A stretch of 29,160 nucleotides of DNA from a virus (lineage: Duplodnaviria > Caudoviricetes): positions 1 to 29,160 of the IMG/VR virus record IMGVR_UViG_3300038393_000798, one strand, 5' to 3'. The translations under genes and the position numbers were made by a program. Each line of letters begins with the position of its first letter. Within the stretch, counting starts at the first letter, position 1. Positions 24,555 to 29,160 of this stretch are shown here, piece after piece. Below the pieces are notes generated by a model. It saw nothing but the letters and a program-made list of their open reading frames with translations, ran no database searches and was not told the DNA's origin.

Positions 24555-25505
24555 TCAGCGATGGCTCTTCTTAAACTCTGACTGAGCCGCGATTTCCTTC
24601 CAGTCAGTCGGCATAGTCTGACGATAGCCGATCAGCTTGGAGACGAGTCGAGCGTTGATTGACTTGAAGGAGTCGATGTTCTTCCACATAAATCCAAGAA
24701 CTTCTTTTCTGCAAGTAGCGTTCTCATCTTTGAAAAGAGAGTCGGCGATCTGCTCAACTCTCATCATATATTCTTTACGCGTCTTCATTCCGAGTGAAAT
24801 GTACGTTGCGCGATCTCGAAAAGCATCGTAGTGAGGAGCGTGTCGATGTCCCTCTTCGATCATATCATCGAAGTCGATGTTGGTAATGAAGATGATGGTA
24901 CCGTTGAAATCAAAGCGATTTTCAACCGGTCCTCCATCGCGGTTGGAAAAGAGTTGAGACTTCGTTCCCCAATTAAGAGTTCGCGTTCCAGTCTTCTGCG
25001 TATCGCACGCAGCTTTAAGAAGATTGAGAGACTTAACGTCATCGAAAACTGAGTCGCAGTCGTCAAGGATCAGAATCTGCCCCTCTTCACGATGATCCCA
25101 GAGCTCGGTGTAGAGACCTGCAGCCGACAATACCGCAGTGATCTTCTTTGTATTAACTCCATTTGGATCATATTTCCTGATGGCTTCATCAACTGTATAG
25201 GACTTGCCCAAGCCCGGAGGACCGGAGATGATCGTTGCGCGAAAAGCTCCGTCGATCGTTCCCTGAGTAATTCTTCCGATTGTACTAAAGGCTTTGAGAA
25301 TGCGTTGAGAAATCTCCTCGTCAGTCTCGGGCTTCTTAACCTTGGTCGCTTTCTTAGGAGCACCTTCCTTAAGCTTGATGATCTCCTTCATTACGTCAAG
25401 TGAAGCATAAGGTGTCTTGCCGCTCGGAAGAGGATAGCATTCAAGACCCATTGTCTTCGTCCAAAAATCTTTCTCAATAGAGCCTTTTTCAGTCTTCCGG
25501 GCCAT
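24555..25505 (-). CDS. AAA+ / P-loop ATPase (phage conserved type)
   Basis: Walker A ISGPPGLGKS, Walker B LILDDCD, LNLLKAA, F.F.G.IIFITN; GGAGA RBS favours ATG 25505. Confidence 0.85.
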   Translation of the reverse strand: MARKTEKGSIEKDFWTKTMGLECYPLPSGKTPYASLDVMKEIIKLKEGAPKKATKVKKPETDEEISQRILKAFSTIGRITQGTIDGAFRATIISGPPGLGKSYTVDEAIRKYDPNGVNTKKITAVLSAAGLYTELWDHREEGQILILDDCDSVFDDVKSLNLLKAACDTQKTGTRTLNWGTKSQLFSNRDGGPVENRFDFNGTIIFITNIDFDDMIEEGHRHAPHYDAFRDRATYISLGMKTRKEYMMRVEQIADSLFKDENATCRKEVLGFMWKNIDSFKSINARLVSKLIGYRQTMPTDWKEIAAQSEFKKSHR

Positions 25506-25555
25506 CTTAAAATCTCCAAAGAAGTAAAGGGTTCCACCCCGTTTCCGATGATGCC

Positions 25556-25583
25556 ACAGTAACTCGCACATCAAGAATGTACA
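25556..25583 (-). promoter_or_regulatory. sigma70-like early promoter for the ATPase operon
   Basis: TGTACA-16-TACTGT, same -35 as the promoter at 23766-23794. Confidence 0.45.
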
Positions 25584-25681
25584 CCTGCTTCATGAAGAAA
25601 AAAGCGGTAATTTATCTATTGACATTCATCGTGAACTGGTGTATCGCGCGTGTCGCGTGCCCGATTGAGTAAAGTCAAGGC

Positions 25682-25707
25682 TGTCCTATGTCCTAGGACA
25701 TAGGACA
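25682..25707. repeat. perfect 26-bp palindrome built from TGTCCTA heptamers
   Basis: TGTCCTATGTCCTAGGACATAGGACA equals its reverse complement. Confidence 0.9.
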
Positions 25708-26089
25708 CTGATCTGGGACCGCTCGTAGAGTTTCTGAGTGAGTGGTATATTACCCTGCGCTTCTTCAAGAAGACGTCCTGCGCCTCTCCAGTGCGCCGCA
25801 TTTTTCTGTTGAGAACCGTTCACATCGCAAAATAAACCTTGACAGCTTTTTGAAATAAAATTACCGAGTGTGCTGCCGAGCTGATTCTAGAGATGTCAAT
25901 AGCCTATCTCGATCATTTCGAGATCGCCGGTGAACGGTTCATGATCGGGTATATTCCATCACACTTAAAATTCGAGACGTCCTACGCCCTCCTGAACGCA
26001 GTGAAAATTGTTGGTCAGACCATCACTTTTCTATATACGTGCATCGTGATCATGATATACTCGATGTATCATTTACCAAGGAGACTGAC

Positions 26090-26341
26090 ATGAACGAATA
26101 TCGCATCCTCCATAAAGAATGGGAATCCTTCGGTATCGTCGAGCACGAAGTTCATCAGTTCGCAGCTGAGGCTTCTAGTCTGGGATTCCCAGTCGGTCAG
26201 TTCCCAGAGAAAATCCTTACTGACATGGGTAATGGTCAACCCCTCATCCTTGACTCCAAGAAAGTCTGTGATGGCGATCTGATGTGGGTCGTCTATCGTC
26301 AAGCTCTGGGATGCATCTCACTTAAAGTGTTCAACGACTAG
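26090..26341 (+). CDS. hypothetical protein
   Basis: AAGGAG RBS before ATG 26090; TG-A-TATACT -10 element at 26053-26061. Confidence 0.75.
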   Translation: MNEYRILHKEWESFGIVEHEVHQFAAEASSLGFPVGQFPEKILTDMGNGQPLILDSKKVCDGDLMWVVYRQALGCISLKVFND

Positions 26342-26350
26342 GAGGTTAAC

Positions 26351-26572
26351 ATGGCACAACCCACTCAAGAAATGGTCGATGAAGCTCTTCGTATCGCTAC
26401 AAAAGAGAATGGATATTCCCTCAAAGATATAGGAATGAATGCTCAAGCGATCGCCATTGATCTATGTGACTGTTATGGATGGGATGATGATGTCGACATC
26501 ACCAACCTCGATCTTGAGCACGTCATTAAGCTCGTGGAGGATTGGATTAAGCGTCATCCCGAGGAAATCTAA
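26351..26572 (+). CDS. acidic hypothetical protein
   Basis: AGGAGG RBS. Confidence 0.75.
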   Translation: MAQPTQEMVDEALRIATKENGYSLKDIGMNAQAIAIDLCDCYGWDDDVDITNLDLEHVIKLVEDWIKRHPEEI

Positions 26573-26578
26573 AACTCC

Positions 26579-26606
26579 TTCACATCGTCGTGTCGATGAT
26601 TATAGT
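26579..26606 (+). promoter_or_regulatory. sigma70-like early promoter
   Basis: TTCACA-16-TATAGT. Confidence 0.5.
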
Positions 26607-26639
26607 ACATGGGCATCTTCAACTAAGGAAGAAACTAAC

Positions 26640-26740
26640 ATGGCTCGATGATCGAGAAGAGCACCGGCAAGCGCTATATGTGCCCGGAAGGCGGCGTTAA
26701 GATGGAGCTCATGACGGCTACTCTTAAGAAGCCGGCGTAA
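26640..26740 (+). pseudogene. minigene MAR* coupled to a 30-aa ORF; probable internally deleted gene
   Basis: TAAGGA RBS, ATG GCT CGA TGA, overlapping ATG 26648 MIEKSTGKRYMCPEGGVKMELMTATLKKPA*. Confidence 0.45.
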
Positions 26741-26790
26741 GCACCGGCGGGACGACGCTGGCGTTGTGGAAATCATCAAGGAATAGTGAC

Positions 26791-26985
26791 ATGGAAGAAG
26801 AACAATTCGTCATCGACAATGAACACTGGGTGCTCGTCGATATGTCGACTAAGGACTTGGTCATGGACGTATATGGATCTCCATGCGTCTTCGAGACTGA
26901 GCTGGAAGCAAAGGACTTCTTAGTTCGCTGGGGAAGCTTCCACAGATTCACTCCAGTGCAAGCGAAGTCATTACTGCCGCACTAA
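26791..26985 (+). CDS. hypothetical protein
   Basis: AAGGA RBS before ATG 26791. Confidence 0.7.
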   Translation: MEEEQFVIDNEHWVLVDMSTKDLVMDVYGSPCVFETELEAKDFLVRWGSFHRFTPVQAKSLLPH

Positions 26986-26995
26986 GTCTCCCAAC

Positions 26996-27033
26996 GACTC
27001 CTCTGAGCCGACGATAAATAGCTCAGAGGAGTC
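26996..27033 (+). promoter_or_regulatory. RBS-sequestering 13-bp hairpin with late promoter GATAAATA in its loop
   Basis: GACTCCTCTGAGC-CGACGATAAATA-GCTCAGAGGAGTC; ATG at 27037. Confidence 0.8.
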
Positions 27034-27036
27034 TCA

Positions 27037-28278
27037 ATGTCTGGTTTCGTACAACCCTGTAAGTGCTACGTAGAGTATGCTTATGTCAACGGTGTCGACA
27101 TCGTTCGACACGTTAAGGTAGCGCGCGTATTTGAGACGCTGTGCAAGCCCTACCTGACTGGTCAGCTCGAACTCATCGACACCAACAACGTCATCGAAAA
27201 CATGGGTCTGGTCGGAGGTGAGACCGTCTCATTCGCCATCAACACGACTAGGTCTCGCAGGGACGTTGAGCTTCAGATCCTCTCATTCACCGGTCAGCAG
27301 TCGACTCACAACAAGCGGTCGATGCACTACACCTTTGAGCTCATAGGCTCGGAGTACTTCGGCGACCGTGCGAACATCGTTCAGCAGGCGTTCTCGGGCA
27401 CCACTGCTACTGACGCGTGCTCGTCGATCTACTCATCGTACCTGGGTAGCGGGCTCGACGTCATGGTGCCCTCATCGGGGATCATCGGCAAGGACAACTC
27501 ATACATCGTCAAGGGAGCCAAACCCTTCAAAGCCGTGTCTGACCTGAAGAAGATCATGACATTTGGTTCTTTTAAGACTGGGAATGTGTTAAATTGGCGA
27601 GATCGCGATGGATCACACCTGGCTCCACTCGAGTACCTCTTTCAGACCCTCTCAGCTCAGGATACGTTCTACGAGCGCGGTACGTGGGGAGCGTCGATCC
27701 AGGACCTGGCGCGCGTTGAGAACGCGATCATCGCGGCATCTGCACTCATCAATCCAGAATCGGGACGCGCGGGTCTAAAGGGACTCTCCTCGACTCAGAT
27801 GGCTGAGAGGAAGGTGATCGACTTCCTGACTAACAAGTCGGTCTTCGATACGATGGCATCGGGAATGATGTCGGGTGCCGGCGTTGGAATGGGCATCGGC
27901 AACTTCCTGGGATCGATCGTTGGGTCCGTGACAGGCGGTCACGGCGGCGAGCACAACTACTACATCAACGACTCATCGAGAATACCCAACGCCAGCGTTC
28001 GTCAGACCGACGCTGAGAAGGCGTACGGTGCACAGGTCTCGGGCGGTCCCCAGTTCACCATTCAAGTTCCCATTCAGACTGGACTCAGGCTCGTCGTGGG
28101 CAAGGGAATCGATGCTCGACTCCTGCCTCCAGTAGGTGATCAGACATCACCGTTCACGGCTGAGTCCCAGGTAGGAGGACTGATGCTCGTGGTGGATGCC
28201 ATGCACGAGGCTCACCTCGACGATAGTCAGATGGCGGGGACTTCAACGTTCCGGTGTGCGCGGGGTGGGTTGGGTTAA
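27037..28278 (+). CDS. baseplate hub protein (gp27 / phage late control D-like)
   Basis: FE.L.KPYLTG.L.LIDT..IE...GGE N-terminus; C-terminal L.VG..I...G..LV....H; late promoter; upstream of gp5. Confidence 0.65.
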   Translation: MSGFVQPCKCYVEYAYVNGVDIVRHVKVARVFETLCKPYLTGQLELIDTNNVIENMGLVGGETVSFAINTTRSRRDVELQILSFTGQQSTHNKRSMHYTFELIGSEYFGDRANIVQQAFSGTTATDACSSIYSSYLGSGLDVMVPSSGIIGKDNSYIVKGAKPFKAVSDLKKIMTFGSFKTGNVLNWRDRDGSHLAPLEYLFQTLSAQDTFYERGTWGASIQDLARVENAIIAASALINPESGRAGLKGLSSTQMAERKVIDFLTNKSVFDTMASGMMSGAGVGMGIGNFLGSIVGSVTGGHGGEHNYYINDSSRIPNASVRQTDAEKAYGAQVSGGPQFTIQVPIQTGLRLVVGKGIDARLLPPVGDQTSPFTAESQVGGLMLVVDAMHEAHLDDSQMAGTSTFRCARGGLG

Positions 28279-28291
28279 GAAGAGTAATACA

Positions 28292-28456
28292 ATGAAGAAG
28301 AAATTAACAAAAGATCAGATCAAGTACGCTAGTGAGCTAGCCGCAGATCGACGCCGCGCTTGGGATGAGAAGCTTACACCCATCGTTCGTCCCGTGCTTA
28401 AGCCCGCGCCCTATGAATCTAAGCAGATCCTGATCAAGAAGAAGTCAGATGCCTAA
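28292..28456 (+). CDS. basic hypothetical protein
   Basis: ATG 28292 follows the hub stop. Confidence 0.55.
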   Translation: MKKKLTKDQIKYASELAADRRRAWDEKLTPIVRPVLKPAPYESKQILIKKKSDA

Positions 28457-28462
28457 GGATCT

Positions 28463-28711
28463 ATGGAAGCGCCTGCAGAAGGTCGCGGCAAAGAGGAGAA
28501 ACAAGAAGTGAAGATCACTTTTGAAACTATCAAAGCAACAGCCGTACCCTGGATCGTCACTTATCGAGACCACGATGGTCAGCTGATCGAGAAGGAGTTC
28601 CAGACAGTCTCCAGGCCAGGCACTGAGGAGGAGTCATGGAGAGCCTACGTTCAGGTGAAGAACCTGGGCGAGTTCATCGGAGCCGTTCGAAAGGAAGAGC
28701 TTGTCGACTAA
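28463..28711 (+). CDS. hypothetical protein
   Basis: TAAGGA RBS. Confidence 0.65.
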   Translation: MEAPAEGRGKEEKQEVKITFETIKATAVPWIVTYRDHDGQLIEKEFQTVSRPGTEEESWRAYVQVKNLGEFIGAVRKEELVD

Positions 28712-29160
28712 CCAAGTAACCGGTCCCTGGGCATCGGGCTCCTACGGTACCTCGGGCACGTTCCTGGGAGAGATCGTATCGATCAACGACCCCCTGAGGC
28801 GCAACCGCGTTCAAGTCCGCATACACGGCTATGAGAACGACAAAGGACTCATCCCCGACGACAAGCTGAGCTGGTACTCAGTCCTCTCGACGTCCTCATC
28901 CCAGCTCGCGGGCTCATCATCGACACACTCCTACTACCCGGGTGCCAAGGTCCTCCTGACGATGGCTGGGACCGAGATGATCGTGATGGGAACGACCGCC
29001 GGGTTCGACTCCGACAAGAGAAGGAACGGATCGGGATCGGGATCGAGCGAGCAGCCCGACACGCCCCGCCAGGTTCAGGGAAAGGGCAAGGAGCAGTCGG
29101 GTGCTCGAGACGGAGAGGGCAAGGACACCACCACACCCACATCACGGGACCCTAAGACCG
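28701..29160 (+). CDS. gp5: baseplate central spike gp5, N-terminal OB domain (TTG start, truncated by window), not in ORF track
   Basis: MSTNQVTGPWASGSYGTSGTFLGEIVSINDPLRRNRVQVRIHGYENDKGLIPDDKLSW...PGAKV...IVMGT; AAGGA RBS 28691; open to window end. Confidence 0.85.
   Translation, partial: MSTNQVTGPWASGSYGTSGTFLGEIVSINDPLRRNRVQVRIHGYENDKGLIPDDKLSWYSVLSTSSSQLAGSSSTHSYYPGAKVLLTMAGTEMIVMGTTAGFDSDKRRNGSGSGSSEQPDTPRQVQGKGKEQSGARDGEGKDTTTPTSRDPKT

Noticed and set aside
25616-26093. ORFs 25616-25801 (-) and 25893-26093 (+)
   Set aside because: No convincing RBS or motifs; they overlap promoter-like elements and the palindrome.
29028-29046. GGATCG x3 short tandem repeat
   Set aside because: Encodes a GSGSGS linker in gp5; ordinary low-complexity coding sequence.
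28849-29145. Minus-strand 98-aa ORF
   Set aside because: Antisense to the clear gp5 N-terminal frame.
1-29160. Genome-wide TAG recoding or a suppressor tRNA
   Set aside because: gp32, gp59 and others end at TAG at their expected C-termini; none of the three tRNAs has a CUA anticodon.
1-29160. CRISPR array, integrase, intron or intein
   Set aside because: No regularly spaced repeats, recombinase motifs, split core genes or intein termini were seen by eye.

Overview
This is a segment of a large T4-like (myovirus) phage genome, probably infecting an alphaproteobacterium; the host is inferred from a permuted, alpha-type two-piece tmRNA. 1-14.9 kb (+ strand) holds small accessory genes and a nucleic-acid repair / translation-rescue cluster: stand-alone PNK-type 3'-phosphatase and P-loop kinase, Rnl5/DRB0094-type and Rnl1-type RNA ligases, DNA ligase, three tRNAs (Lys-UUU, Gln-UUG, CAU), tmRNA and two unexplained structured intergenic RNAs. 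gp33, gp59 and gp32 follow. 15-23.4 kb holds late genes: holin, a 1096-aa hub/tape-measure-like protein with lysozyme and M15 peptidase domains, gp51, gp26, gp54, gp2, gp4, gp48 and gp53. 23.5-27 kb is an island of small genes with sigma70-like promoters, an AAA ATPase and a 26-bp palindrome. 27-29.2 kb has a gp27-like hub and the start of gp5. The best hand-read signal is a complete -1 ribosomal frameshift cassette (T_TTT_TTC, 6-nt spacer, 9-bp hairpin) joining gp26 to a start-less gp51-like ORF directly upstream of the tape-measure-like gene, a lambda G/GT-like arrangement. All protein calls come from motif recognition by eye; no searches were run.
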